Below are positions 40,119-49,446 of a stretch of 64,000 bases of DNA, piece by piece. The position numbers were made by a program, and so were the translations under genes. The stretch lies in the sequence record MN445184; one strand, 5' to 3'. Source of the stretch: Escherichia phage vB_EcoA_4HA11. How positions within the stretch are numbered: the stretch's first letter is position 1; every line of letters starts with the position of its first letter. A model generated the notes under the pieces. The model saw only the letters and a program-made list of their open reading frames with translations. It ran no database searches and was not told the origin of the DNA.

Positions 40119-40397
40119 TTACTGGCCGTTGGCAGCAGCTTTCAGACCTTCACCGACTTTGAATTTAACTACATTTTTCGCTTCGATCTGGATCTGTTGT
40201 CCGTTCAGCGGGTTGCGGCCAGTGCGCGCTTCCTGATGTTTAACTTCGAACGCGCCGAAGCCTACGAATTGGACAGATTGGCCAGCCGCGACTGCAGTTT
40301 TCACGCCATTGATAAAAGATGCAACGATTTTCTCAGCTTCGCCTTTGGTCATACCCTGGGTTTGAGCGATGTGGGCGATAAAATCAGTACGGTTCAT
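40119..40397 (-). CDS. HU/IHF-family DNA-binding protein
   Basis: ORF track 40119..40433; ATG 40397 (MNRTDFIAHIAQ) with GGAG SD; GFGAFEVK...RTGRNP arm motif. Confidence 0.7.
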   Translation of the reverse strand: MNRTDFIAHIAQTQGMTKGEAEKIVASFINGVKTAVAAGQSVQFVGFGAFEVKHQEARTGRNPLNGQQIQIEAKNVVKFKVGEGLKAAANGQ

Positions 40398-40480
40398 TCG
40401 GATTACTCCAGTTGGTTGTTTACGATGTTTCACTACAAGAGGACTACAGCTTACCTAACAAATATTATTGAATAAAGCGT

Positions 40481-41275
40481 TTATTTGCCGACGTTCAGCA
40501 TTTTACCTGAGCCGGATCCGTCAACGATTAGAGTACATTTCCCACTGTTGGCGCAAGATTGCAACACCATGTTATATTCGTGTTGTAAATATTCAGGTGT
40601 CAGAGATGTCGTCAGTTTCTGATTCGCCTTGGCTTCTTGGTCGCGAATTTCAACGTTCTTTCTTGCTGTATCCAAACGTTTGTCGGCCATGACATTATCA
40701 CGGATAGATTGCTCAATCGAAGGATCTGTCAGCGCCTTTTTCACCAACACACGTGTGATTGTGAACATGCCAGGCGCAGCAGTTTCCAATTGCTGCTGGG
40801 TGCGTTCCTTGATCATCTTTTCTAACTCAGCCCGTTGGGTGTGAATTGTCATAGAATCCAAAGAGGAAACGGCGTCCATCGTTGAGGATGCTGCGGCGGT
40901 TTTAACCAGGTTGAATCCCACCGCTATCGTGCCGTCACCGAGTTCAGCGCTCTGACCTGCAAATTTGGTATGGAACCAAGGAACCTTCGCGACGTTCGGT
41001 GTGTAATAAACGTCCACATCCAGATCTTCCAAGGTCAGGTTGTCTTTGGCCTTTGGCGTCATTTTCGTCAGACTCACGACGGCTTCTTTAGTCGTATAGA
41101 CATCTACACTTGAAACGAAACTGGTGTAGATACCTGCGGTTACAGGGTTCATGTCCACTTCACCCCATTGGGTTCGAACACCGACGTTTCCTTCATCGAT
41201 AACACCGCCGCAGCCCGAAAGAAGGCTTGCCGCTAGGACCATAATTGCGCCAAATACCAGTTTCTTGAACATCAA
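40481..41275 (-). CDS. SPFH/band-7 domain lipoprotein
   Basis: 264 aa; signal peptide with lipobox LLSGC; SPFH-like core VGVRTQWGEV...TKMTPKAKDNLTLEDLDVDVYYT and a coiled-coil tail. Confidence 0.55.
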   Translation of the reverse strand: MMFKKLVFGAIMVLAASLLSGCGGVIDEGNVGVRTQWGEVDMNPVTAGIYTSFVSSVDVYTTKEAVVSLTKMTPKAKDNLTLEDLDVDVYYTPNVAKVPWFHTKFAGQSAELGDGTIAVGFNLVKTAAASSTMDAVSSLDSMTIHTQRAELEKMIKERTQQQLETAAPGMFTITRVLVKKALTDPSIEQSIRDNVMADKRLDTARKNVEIRDQEAKANQKLTTSLTPEYLQHEYNMVLQSCANSGKCTLIVDGSGSGKMLNVGK

Positions 41276-41490
41276 TGTACTCCTTCAAAAATGTAAATAT
41301 AAGCACCCAATGTGAGTGCAGTTATTGTAACCGAAGAAATCAGCAGTAGGAAAGTTACTCTCACCCGTTTGCGCCAACGTTTACTTCGGTAGATTTTAGT
41401 CTCTTTCAAGTATTTGAAAAAGAAAAATAAAATGAATGTTGAAATTACGAATATGAACAGATAACGGATTAACCCGATCATATTTCCCAC
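41272..41490 (-). CDS. Small membrane protein, upstream partner of the SPFH lipoprotein
   Basis: 72 aa, two TM helices separated by a basic loop (RSKRWRKRVR); ATGA overlap with the SPFH gene. Confidence 0.45.
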   Translation of the reverse strand: MGNMIGLIRYLFIFVISTFILFFFFKYLKETKIYRSKRWRKRVRVTFLLLISSVTITALTLGAYIYIFEGVH

Positions 41491-41798
41491 CCTGTGCTAC
41501 GCAGATGATCAAAATAATCGTTGAGTTCGTCAATATCTTCGATATCAACCCAACGATCATCCAGTCCCATATCATTTAGATCTTCTTCAGTCAGATCATG
41601 TTGATAAATCTGAATGCCCGAAACATTACAATAATCCGGCTTGATATTGTTGTTGAACTGGAACAAATCATAATCAGCCAGAGTATTCTTCAGGCGCTGC
41701 GCTTCTTCAAATGTTGGAACCTCAACATGAAAAGCGATCCCAGGAACCTGGGGAATATGCCAAACACGAAATTTAAGTTCAAATGGTTTATTCGACAT
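41478..41798 (-). CDS. Hypothetical protein
   Basis: 106-aa ORF. Confidence 0.4.
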   Translation of the reverse strand: MSNKPFELKFRVWHIPQVPGIAFHVEVPTFEEAQRLKNTLADYDLFQFNNNIKPDYCNVSGIQIYQHDLTEEDLNDMGLDDRWVDIEDIDELNDYFDHLRSTGWEI

Positions 41799-42117
41799 GG
41801 GGTTCTCCCTGAGACAGTATGGTTTTCATCTGTTCACGCGTGATAATTGTTTCAACAAGATTCTCGTCAATCATCATTTCGTTTAACAGTTCACAACCCA
41901 GCACGTGTGGTCGTGCCATATACGGCATGGCGTTGAGTTTTTCTTCTATGTCAAGAACGCGCTTGACGGTCAGACCCATAGAAGAAAAGGGAACAGGATA
42001 AAAGAATGAAATAATCTGGTTATCCATCCCGTTTGAAAATCTTACCAACAATACATCACACCATACGCCGGACATATTACACCTCCAGACGGTTACAATG
42101 AGAAAGCGCGTTATCAA
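41788..42117 (-). CDS. Hypothetical protein
   Basis: 109-aa ORF; the true start may be an internal Met. Confidence 0.4.
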   Translation of the reverse strand: MITRFLIVTVWRCNMSGVWCDVLLVRFSNGMDNQIISFFYPVPFSSMGLTVKRVLDIEEKLNAMPYMARPHVLGCELLNEMMIDENLVETIITREQMKTILSQGEPHVE

Positions 42118-42745
42118 TCTGTTCCCGAGACAGATATTCCAACGGGTTGCGAGAATACGCTTCTAACAGCAGCAGTTGGAGCACAGCGCGATTACGAGTT
42201 TCACTCTCCATCATGATACCGTTCATATGTGGTGAACGGGCTGTCCATACAACATACTGACCTAAATCGTCGTTGGCAGTCAGGCTAATGCGAAACTGAT
42301 TGCACAATTTGTCGATTAACACATAATCATGTGTGAACGTCCCTTCAGTTTTCCAGCTTGATTTCTTCACCTGAAGAGCTTCACCACGAGTTCTGAATTC
42401 TAACGTCACTCCATGAGTTTCATTGTCGAAATGAACAACTCTCTGAGTTTCATTTATTAGAGTCCGGTTCATATTATATGCGAAGAAACGGGCGTCGATC
42501 TCCCTATTGCTCATGGAATTAAAATCGATCGGCCAAAATCGTGCACGCATAATCGCGCCTTCTGGCAATACAATTAGTCCATTTTCACGGGAGACATAGC
42601 AAAGACGTTTAACTGCAGGGTCAGGATGTTCCACACAATAAACGGAAATTCCAGTGGGAAGGATAGCGTGGGCGACAACACCAGATCTTTCAAAATATAA
42701 ATTACCCTGGTCAGCCCCGATGATAATACGGCTCTTGTTGTTCAT
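42077..42745 (-). CDS. Hypothetical protein
   Basis: 222-aa ORF. Confidence 0.45.
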   Translation of the reverse strand: MNNKSRIIIGADQGNLYFERSGVVAHAILPTGISVYCVEHPDPAVKRLCYVSRENGLIVLPEGAIMRARFWPIDFNSMSNREIDARFFAYNMNRTLINETQRVVHFDNETHGVTLEFRTRGEALQVKKSSWKTEGTFTHDYVLIDKLCNQFRISLTANDDLGQYVVWTARSPHMNGIMMESETRNRAVLQLLLLEAYSRNPLEYLSREQIDNALSHCNRLEV

Positions 42746-42801
42746 AATATAGATCTCTCAAATAAAGGCGGTTTAATAATAACCGCCCTTGTATTATAGA
42801 A

Positions 42802-43605
42802 TTATTTTATATCACCGACATACATGTTCAAACTTTCATCCCATTCTAAACGAACACGAATAGTGCCAGAATCGTTTGGGAAAGACAATTTGTCGCACAT
42901 ATGACGATTTGCATATGTTCCGCTCTTATTAACAGGATAATCTTTACCTTCACCGATTGCGAATCGTTTGAAGTTCCGACTCACCATCATATTGATGTTA
43001 GTCCACTGCAATTGTTCCCGTAGGGTTTTGCACAATATAATCTTCCCATTAGACCGGAAAGACACGAATAAATCATTTGGTGAAGAAAATCGTCTTTCTT
43101 GCGGACATAACTGCCTGATTGAAATAAATTCAGATTCTTCTTTATTCTCAACCGGAGACTTCACGGGTTCTTCTTTTCGTTTTTCTGCATATTGCTCAAC
43201 AGCCTTTTGGCTGACAGGCGGCAGATCAATAGAAGGGGAGATGACTGCTGGCTTAATGACTGGTGAAGTACGAGCAGCAACAAGTTTTTCCTGAGCTTCC
43301 AGAATTCTCTCTTGGCGAGATTTTGGTCGAGTATCAACCTTGGAGCTGAAATCACAAACCGTAACCCAGTCACCCTGGTCGTTGCGCTTGGCAACCAGAG
43401 TTAATTTGTAAATGATGCCCTGTAGCTTGCTTTCACGCATAGTGTCTGCAAACCAGAAAGCACACCCTTGCTCAAATTTTTCAGCGAAGACCACGCGACC
43501 ACCATCATGGATCAGAATAACCTTTGCTTTGCTAGGTGCGAACATTTTATTCTTTTCAACGATCGCCTCAGCGATCTTTTTGGTAATGATCATCACGAAA
43601 TACAC
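42802..43605 (-). CDS. Hypothetical protein
   Basis: 267-aa ORF. Confidence 0.45.
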   Translation of the reverse strand: MYFVMIITKKIAEAIVEKNKMFAPSKAKVILIHDGGRVVFAEKFEQGCAFWFADTMRESKLQGIIYKLTLVAKRNDQGDWVTVCDFSSKVDTRPKSRQERILEAQEKLVAARTSPVIKPAVISPSIDLPPVSQKAVEQYAEKRKEEPVKSPVENKEESEFISIRQLCPQERRFSSPNDLFVSFRSNGKIILCKTLREQLQWTNINMMVSRNFKRFAIGEGKDYPVNKSGTYANRHMCDKLSFPNDSGTIRVRLEWDESLNMYVGDIK

Positions 43606-43642
43606 CTTTCAGTTCAATGGGGAATAAAATTTTAACCTGAAA

Positions 43643-43963
43643 CTATCTTTGATTTCCAACGAAATTAGTTGCAATTTCACGGCACATAGTCAAATCTTTA
43701 ATAGTCTGTTTGCTGTTGTCTGCAGCAGATTCCATCATGGGTAAATCAAGCGCATTCTCTATCTGGTCCACACTATAGAGATCAAGGCGTTTCAATTCAC
43801 CTTCATAATCAGATAAAAGGATTGATGTGTCCTTATCATCCGGATGAAATTGTTGATATGTAGACAACCAAGCAGCACAAATATTCAACTTACTGGCCTG
43901 AGCTGCCAATACTTGGGAAGACATGAAAGCGTACAGGAATAACAATAAGATTTTGATTTTCAT
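43643..43963 (-). CDS. Small secreted protein
   Basis: 106 aa; signal peptide MKIKILLLFLYAFMSSQVLAAQA. Confidence 0.45.
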   Translation of the reverse strand: MKIKILLLFLYAFMSSQVLAAQASKLNICAAWLSTYQQFHPDDKDTSILLSDYEGELKRLDLYSVDQIENALDLPMMESAADNSKQTIKDLTMCREIATNFVGNQR

Positions 43964-44649
43964 CTTTCGTTCTCCTTCATCATATTATCGCAGTCAATTC
44001 TTGTTTGCTTGAGTTCACGCGAAAGCCTTGGGTCGTCTAGATTGACAGACAAATTAGTGGAAAGATCTTTCAAACCATTCTGAACACGGTCTTCATAATA
44101 ATGATCATTTTCCACTAGCCATGCTCTCAGGCCAAGGGCGCGAGTCCGCCATTCCTTTTTCAAACGTTGATCTGATTCTTGATCAGCACTATATTCAAAT
44201 ACTCGGATACATTGGTTGCCATCATTGATGAGATCCAGCTGACGTCGGCCAACCTGCACACCTTTTTGTAATGCTGGAGAAGGAAGAGAACGGCACTGTC
44301 TTACGGTCATTCGTCCTTGTGTGCCCATACGACCAGTCATAATAAGATCGCCAGCCTCCATGCCTCCTCGGTTAAATTCTTTGTCGTTCATATATCCTTT
44401 CAGGTTGAACGCGCCTTGCTTATATCGATTAAACTCAATACCAGCATTTACAACGGCATCTGTGACATTACCTGTGGCCCAGAGTTCAGCAAAGTTCTCT
44501 ATGGAACCAGTTTTGTCTATAGCGACGGCTTGGGAGAACCCAGCACAGTAGGAAAGATCAGACCACAGTTTTTCACCCGTGGAATTCAGCTTGGCGGTGG
44601 CAGGAAGTGCCAGACCAGCCAGCACAACCCCGATGATTAAACGTTTCAT
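43960..44649 (-). CDS. Secreted protein
   Basis: ORF track 43960..44814; ATG 44649 (MKRLIIGVVLAGLALPATA signal peptide) preceded by AAGGAGA SD. Confidence 0.5.
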   Translation of the reverse strand: MKRLIIGVVLAGLALPATAKLNSTGEKLWSDLSYCAGFSQAVAIDKTGSIENFAELWATGNVTDAVVNAGIEFNRYKQGAFNLKGYMNDKEFNRGGMEAGDLIMTGRMGTQGRMTVRQCRSLPSPALQKGVQVGRRQLDLINDGNQCIRVFEYSADQESDQRLKKEWRTRALGLRAWLVENDHYYEDRVQNGLKDLSTNLSVNLDDPRLSRELKQTRIDCDNMMKENER

Positions 44650-44728
44650 GGTGATTCTCCTTATTTCATTGGATAAAATGATAGGGCTGTCACCATGTTG
44701 AGTAAAGGGTTTCAATAAACTATCGTAT

Positions 44729-45178
44729 TCAGAAACGGGTATCGCTGACCGTTCTGTATCGCACACCCTGAAACTGTTTAGCGAGTTTAACAAATTCCAT
44801 CGCTGGCAAATCAACTTTGTAGACCTTCATGCGCTGTTTGCCGTCCATGTTCAACGCAGCGACAAATCGGTGAGAACCGTCAACAACGTAATTGTCAGAA
44901 GATACCCAAACTCGACCCATAGGTTTCTTATTTCTGATCTGCTTCATGATCTTCCAGACCTTCATTTTATTGATTTCGTTCTGGGTAAGACGAAGCATTT
45001 TGATGGGCACTTGCGCAGCATCTATAGACACGCCGTTGTCTTCAAGATATTTGTGAAAATCTTCTTGTTTGTCGGCATCGATTTGCGGCATAGAAGAACG
45101 AGAAAGCCCGAGGTTCCCAACAGGGATCCTCAGGCCATTTATGATATTCATCCAGTCAATAAAGGATGTAAGGAACAT
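44729..45178 (-). CDS. ParB/Srx-like nuclease-domain protein
   Basis: 149 aa; YVVDGSHRFVAA resembles the ParB N-terminal domain motif; weak. Confidence 0.4.
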   Translation of the reverse strand: MFLTSFIDWMNIINGLRIPVGNLGLSRSSMPQIDADKQEDFHKYLEDNGVSIDAAQVPIKMLRLTQNEINKMKVWKIMKQIRNKKPMGRVWVSSDNYVVDGSHRFVAALNMDGKQRMKVYKVDLPAMEFVKLAKQFQGVRYRTVSDTRF

Positions 45179-45210
45179 GACACACCTCGGGATATAGGGT
45201 TATCCCTTAG

Positions 45211-45369
45211 TTAGTTCATCCACCTATCTTTTCTTCTCGATTCTTGTCGTTCCCTCCGCTTATGTTCAAACCGGAATAACAGATAGAAGAAATTACCACC
45301 CAATACGAAGATGACTCCGATTATCACCAGGATACCCTTTACAATTTCCCAAATTAATTCATTATCCAA
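45211..45369 (-). CDS. Possible small single-pass membrane protein (52 aa, TTG start)
   Basis: Hand translation LDNELIWEIVKGILVIIGVIFVLGGNFFYLLFRFEHKRRERQESRRKDRWMN; GAGGTG 5 nt upstream of the TTG; non-ATG start, so tentative. Confidence 0.25.
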   Translation of the reverse strand: MDNELIWEIVKGILVIIGVIFVLGGNFFYLLFRFEHKRRERQESRRKDRWMN

Positions 45370-45371
45370 AG

Positions 45372-45656
45372 TTACACCTCATCTTTATTAATTCCATCGA
45401 TTAAGACACGAGCGGAATCAAAATCTTCCCCGCTAGTATTCAGCATCTTAGTCAAATCATCAATTTCGTGAACTGGGCCAAGATCAGATTCTCGCAAAAT
45501 GAAACCCAGAATCCCATTCAACGCGGAAGTGATATCTCCCTTGTCGATATCATTTTTGATCACCATAAGTTTTACAACAGAATTAGTCTGACGGGAATCC
45601 AGATTTAATTTGTTTGACACCATGATGTTCAATTTGTTACGGATTATTCTTTGCAT
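45372..45656 (-). CDS. Hypothetical protein
   Basis: 94-aa ORF. Confidence 0.4.
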   Translation of the reverse strand: MQRIIRNKLNIMVSNKLNLDSRQTNSVVKLMVIKNDIDKGDITSALNGILGFILRESDLGPVHEIDDLTKMLNTSGEDFDSARVLIDGINKDEV

Positions 45657-45668
45657 AATATAGCCTCT

Positions 45669-46124
45669 TCAAAATTGGAATGTTTGTTTCATAACGTTCA
45701 CCATGTAGGATGGATCTACTGGTGTTCTGTTATACGTGATCTTGCCCATGCCATTCAGACGTTCGACAATGCGCTCGGCATTCTCTTCTACTGCTGCCTG
45801 GGTCGGTTGGTAATCGTTCAAATAGATCGCGAGTTCCTGTCGATTGTCGGACGTCACCTGATTGCGGAGCGAAGGATAGTTGACAACATACCCACGAGAA
45901 ATCAGTTCGGCAACAAGCTGATCGTAACGCTCGATCAAATAAATGAGTTTGTCGCGGAAGAACAGCACATGACCTTCGTTGAGTTTGTACTGCTTTGGAG
46001 CGCCCTTGAGATTACGGCGTTTTCCATTCACCACGTTGAGGACAACAGGCGCAAGTTCTTTATACTCGGCAAGGAGGTGTTGGTCGCAAAGAGATTCAAC
46101 GGGAATAACATTGATGCGAGTCAT
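45669..46124 (-). CDS. denV: Pyrimidine-dimer DNA glycosylase (endonuclease V)
   Basis: ORF track 45669..46172; ATG 46124. MTRINVIPVESLCDQHLLAEYKELAPV...NGKRR closely parallels T4 DenV [27 protein letters not shown]. Confidence 0.85.
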   Translation of the reverse strand: MTRINVIPVESLCDQHLLAEYKELAPVVLNVVNGKRRNLKGAPKQYKLNEGHVLFFRDKLIYLIERYDQLVAELISRGYVVNYPSLRNQVTSDNRQELAIYLNDYQPTQAAVEENAERIVERLNGMGKITYNRTPVDPSYMVNVMKQTFQF

Positions 46125-46183
46125 GGTATAGTTCCTGCATTTCAAATCGACGGGGTAATCATACCCCGCCATAATTTATAGAA

Positions 46184-46423
46184 TTAATTGATATGCTTCA
46201 AAAGAGCGAAAAGAATATTCGCCTTGGCTTTAACCTTACCGACGACACCCGTTTCGGCATCAACCTCTTCAGCAACCCATACTTTTCCTTTCTTGCTAAT
46301 GATAACATCTCGGCGCGAAGCATAGACTTCCTTGGTCATGTACACACGGCGGAATCCTTTAGCGCGGAGCAAGCCCCAATTGCGGTCTATTTCTACTGCC
46401 GTTTCTACTTTCTTGTTTGACAT
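46184..46423 (-). CDS. Hypothetical protein
   Basis: 79-aa ORF. Confidence 0.4.
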   Translation of the reverse strand: MSNKKVETAVEIDRNWGLLRAKGFRRVYMTKEVYASRRDVIISKKGKVWVAEEVDAETGVVGKVKAKANILFALLKHIN

Positions 46424-46517
46424 GTTATAATCAACCTATTCAATTTCTGACCAACCCCACGTTAGCCAGTTATTGAATAATACGGCAAATGTTTATTCAA
46501 GTAAAGCCCTTGAAAGT

Positions 46518-46544
46518 AAAAATCCCCAATAATATTGGGGATTT
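46518..46544 (-). terminator. Hairpin terminator downstream of the ACP-like gene
   Basis: AAATCCCCAAT-AAT-ATTGGGGATTT followed by TTTTAC on the minus strand. Confidence 0.55.
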
Positions 46545-46553
46545 CATGGATTA

Positions 46554-46871
46554 TTATTTGCAGAGAACAACGACGAGTTCAGCTAACTCTCCGAGGGTAG
46601 GATCATCTCCATGTTTACCCACCCACTCGTCACTAATTTCTACATCGTACTCTTCTTCGATTTCCATGACCAGCTCAATCATGTCAAGATCGTCACCACC
46701 GAGGTCATTCTTAACCCGTAACGGCGCTAATGCATCGATATTATCATCAATGTTATCAAACTTTTCCTTGTGATCCCCGTTGCGCCAAGTTTCCATGTTC
46801 AGGTTGTCACAAGCGTACTGAGCCAGAACACGCATTACTTCAACATAAGTTGGTTTGTTTGACATAAGCAT
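46554..46871 (-). CDS. Acyl-carrier-protein-like protein with Asp replacing the phosphopantetheinylated Ser
   Basis: 105 aa; DLGGDDLDMIELVMEIEEEYDVEISDE aligns with the ACP core [27 protein letters not shown]; the Ser position is Asp. Confidence 0.6.
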   Translation of the reverse strand: MLMSNKPTYVEVMRVLAQYACDNLNMETWRNGDHKEKFDNIDDNIDALAPLRVKNDLGGDDLDMIELVMEIEEEYDVEISDEWVGKHGDDPTLGELAELVVVLCK

Positions 46872-46908
46872 ATCTCAAAATGAAGGCGGGTTTCCCCGCC
46901 AGTTGAAT

Positions 46909-49296
46909 TTAGATTTTGACTTCTTTTTCAGCCAGTTCGGCAGTGACGGTGTATTTCACCCCATCAACTTCCACATCCATAGTGGATTCTTCCAAATCCA
47001 GGTCGGTAAACCAACCATGGCCTGCAACAATCCCATAAACTACCTTGGACAGCGTTTTGTTCAGGGCGCGGACTTCGTTGATAGCTGCTTTTGCTGCGTC
47101 TCCGATCCAACTTTCGATCAGCTTTTTCTGAGTCTCTTCCGGTACGCTGGTGATCATCGGTGATTTAACGAATGCATTGTATTCAGCCAGGGCATTAGCG
47201 ATCAGCTGATCAGCGACATTCAGTTTTTTACCGTCCGTCTGTTTTTTGATAACAGACGCGATGCTCGGCAGTGAAGATGCGCCTTTGATTTTCACATTCA
47301 ATTCACGACTCATATAGACATCGGTTGATTCTACAGAAGAAGTCTTCGGTGAAAATCCATAGTCGCGAATGCCGTTTGCTGACAGGAAATCAGCCGCTTC
47401 TTTGCCATATTTTGAAGCCAGACCAGTAGCGTTGCCTTTACCAACCAGTTCATCACGGTAGAATTTCAGAACTTTTTGCTTTGCCTTCAATGCTTCACGG
47501 CGCACATTGTCTGCAAAGAATTCAGCAGCACTGATATTCTTTGTCATGGCGCGGTTAACCATTGGGACACTTTCCAGATTTACAATGAAGACTTCCGGCC
47601 CACCAAACACATGAACACCCATGGCAGTCAAATCCTGTGCCACCTTAGCCCGAACAATCGGAGAATCTGCAGTGATAGGCATTGTTTTCAGGTTGATGAT
47701 ACCATCCTTGACAATAGTGTAATTGCGATAACGCCAGGTTCCCAGCTCTTCAGGAAGTTCATATTTCTTCTGTACAAACTCAGGCACAACAACCGTTCCG
47801 TGTTGAACTGTCTGCACACTGATGTTAGGACGTTCTGAATTGTAGACCAAATTGCTGATCGGGACAATCCCTTTATCATCTGCTGGATTGAATTCGGGGG
47901 TCCAATCTTCGTGCTCGGCCAGTTTGAGCGCCAGGGCTTTACGCTCTTCTTTAGAAGTCGCATTCGCAATCTCTTCGGCCAACTTGTCTTCGGTGTCATC
48001 AACTTTCTGTACAGTACCGCGCCCAATGCTCTTGTAAGAGAATAGCGGATGCTTGGTGACGATAGAGACATCGGCTTCGGCCAGGTAGGTCAAAACATCA
48101 ACAATGGTCGTTGCATCTTCAGCCGGAACCATATTATAATCGATGCCATCAACTCCTCGCAGAGATTCGTCTACGATAGCCTGAGTCAGATCGACTTTGA
48201 TGTTGGAATAGTCCTGCTTGGTGAAACAGTTGCTGTACTGTTTGATGAAGTGGACGTCACCCGTCTTCTTCAGCGCGGCCCAGACCAGATCGGCGTCCAT
48301 GGTATACACGCCGTAAAATGCCAGCACGTATGCCGCTTGGATGTCTGCCAGATTATCCAGCTGGTCGATCATGTTGGGGTTTACAACCCACAGCTGAGAA
48401 ACGCTTTCAGGGATGCTGACGTGGCCAATAGGGTGCTCTTCATCAGGATGCACAGCTAAAACAGTCGCCACGCCATTTTCAACATAAATGGCATGGGTAT
48501 AAACCAGAGGAACATCGACTACAACTTTCGGTGAAGAAGTTTTCAGCACGTTTTCCAATTCGGTCTGATATTCATTCTGGCCTTCGGCGAATACGTGGGT
48601 CGCACCAGAACGTTCTGCCATTAGCGCCAGCAGTTCGCGATTACAATACCAACCGTATTCGATGAAGGTAATGTTATCAAACGCTTTGGGCAGTACTTCA
48701 GCGGCATCCAGGATTTCATTAGAACGCCAGCAGTTGTCATATCCGTCGGTCATGAATGCCAGGTTGTTAACATAACCAGGTTTATTCAGGCTAATGGCAG
48801 TTTCCGCAGCCAGTTTCAGCGGCTCAACAAAACCAGTACAACCAGAAGGCTTCAGGAAACGGTCAATTAGATTATTGATCTCACTGAGGTCGGTTGCACT
48901 GTTAATCTGACGTCCGGCAAATACCGTTCCGAAATCACCGCGAGATGAAAAGTAAAGGATGCTCACAGTATCTTCCGGTTTCACCAGGGAAGGCAGGTTC
49001 TCCTTCAGATGCTTACGGACTTCTGGAAGTGAACGATACATGGAACCGGAGATATCCACAACGATTACATGGTTAGACGGCGCGACGGTCGCAACCGCAT
49101 TCTTAAATGTTAATGATTCAATCATCGTTTTGACCTTTTTGGGCTTTGGAGTGTGTTTGGAGTTCGCGTCGGCGTTCTCCAGCATAGTTTCAATGAAATC
49201 CCGGTTGTTTTCCATTTGGGCGACCAGAACATCACTGGGACGGAATGAATTGTCAAGACAATCAAGTCCGGCGCGTTTTAATTTGTTGTCGGTCAT
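46909..49296 (-). CDS. Large von Willebrand factor A (vWA) domain protein
   Basis: ORF track 46909..49323 (TTG); ATG at 49296. HVIVVDISGSMYRS is a MIDAS-type DxSxS motif, with FMTDGYD downstream. Confidence 0.6.
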   Translation of the reverse strand: MTDNKLKRAGLDCLDNSFRPSDVLVAQMENNRDFIETMLENADANSKHTPKPKKVKTMIESLTFKNAVATVAPSNHVIVVDISGSMYRSLPEVRKHLKENLPSLVKPEDTVSILYFSSRGDFGTVFAGRQINSATDLSEINNLIDRFLKPSGCTGFVEPLKLAAETAISLNKPGYVNNLAFMTDGYDNCWRSNEILDAAEVLPKAFDNITFIEYGWYCNRELLALMAERSGATHVFAEGQNEYQTELENVLKTSSPKVVVDVPLVYTHAIYVENGVATVLAVHPDEEHPIGHVSIPESVSQLWVVNPNMIDQLDNLADIQAAYVLAFYGVYTMDADLVWAALKKTGDVHFIKQYSNCFTKQDYSNIKVDLTQAIVDESLRGVDGIDYNMVPAEDATTIVDVLTYLAEADVSIVTKHPLFSYKSIGRGTVQKVDDTEDKLAEEIANATSKEERKALALKLAEHEDWTPEFNPADDKGIVPISNLVYNSERPNISVQTVQHGTVVVPEFVQKKYELPEELGTWRYRNYTIVKDGIINLKTMPITADSPIVRAKVAQDLTAMGVHVFGGPEVFIVNLESVPMVNRAMTKNISAAEFFADNVRREALKAKQKVLKFYRDELVGKGNATGLASKYGKEAADFLSANGIRDYGFSPKTSSVESTDVYMSRELNVKIKGASSLPSIASVIKKQTDGKKLNVADQLIANALAEYNAFVKSPMITSVPEETQKKLIESWIGDAAKAAINEVRALNKTLSKVVYGIVAGHGWFTDLDLEESTMDVEVDGVKYTVTAELAEKEVKI

Positions 49297-49385
49297 CAGG
49301 CTCTCGTGAGTTATATTTCCCAACTATTTCAACATGGGACTATTATATTACGACAGGCGGTATTGATGCCAATTAATATAATAAA

Positions 49386-49413
49386 AATGCCCGATTGAAT
49401 ATAACCGGGCATT
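49386..49413 (-). terminator. Hairpin terminator
   Basis: AATGCCCG-loop-CGGGCATT with TTTTTAT on the minus strand. Confidence 0.55.
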
Positions 49414-49446
49414 ATATTATTGACAGGTTGAAATATTATTCAGAGC

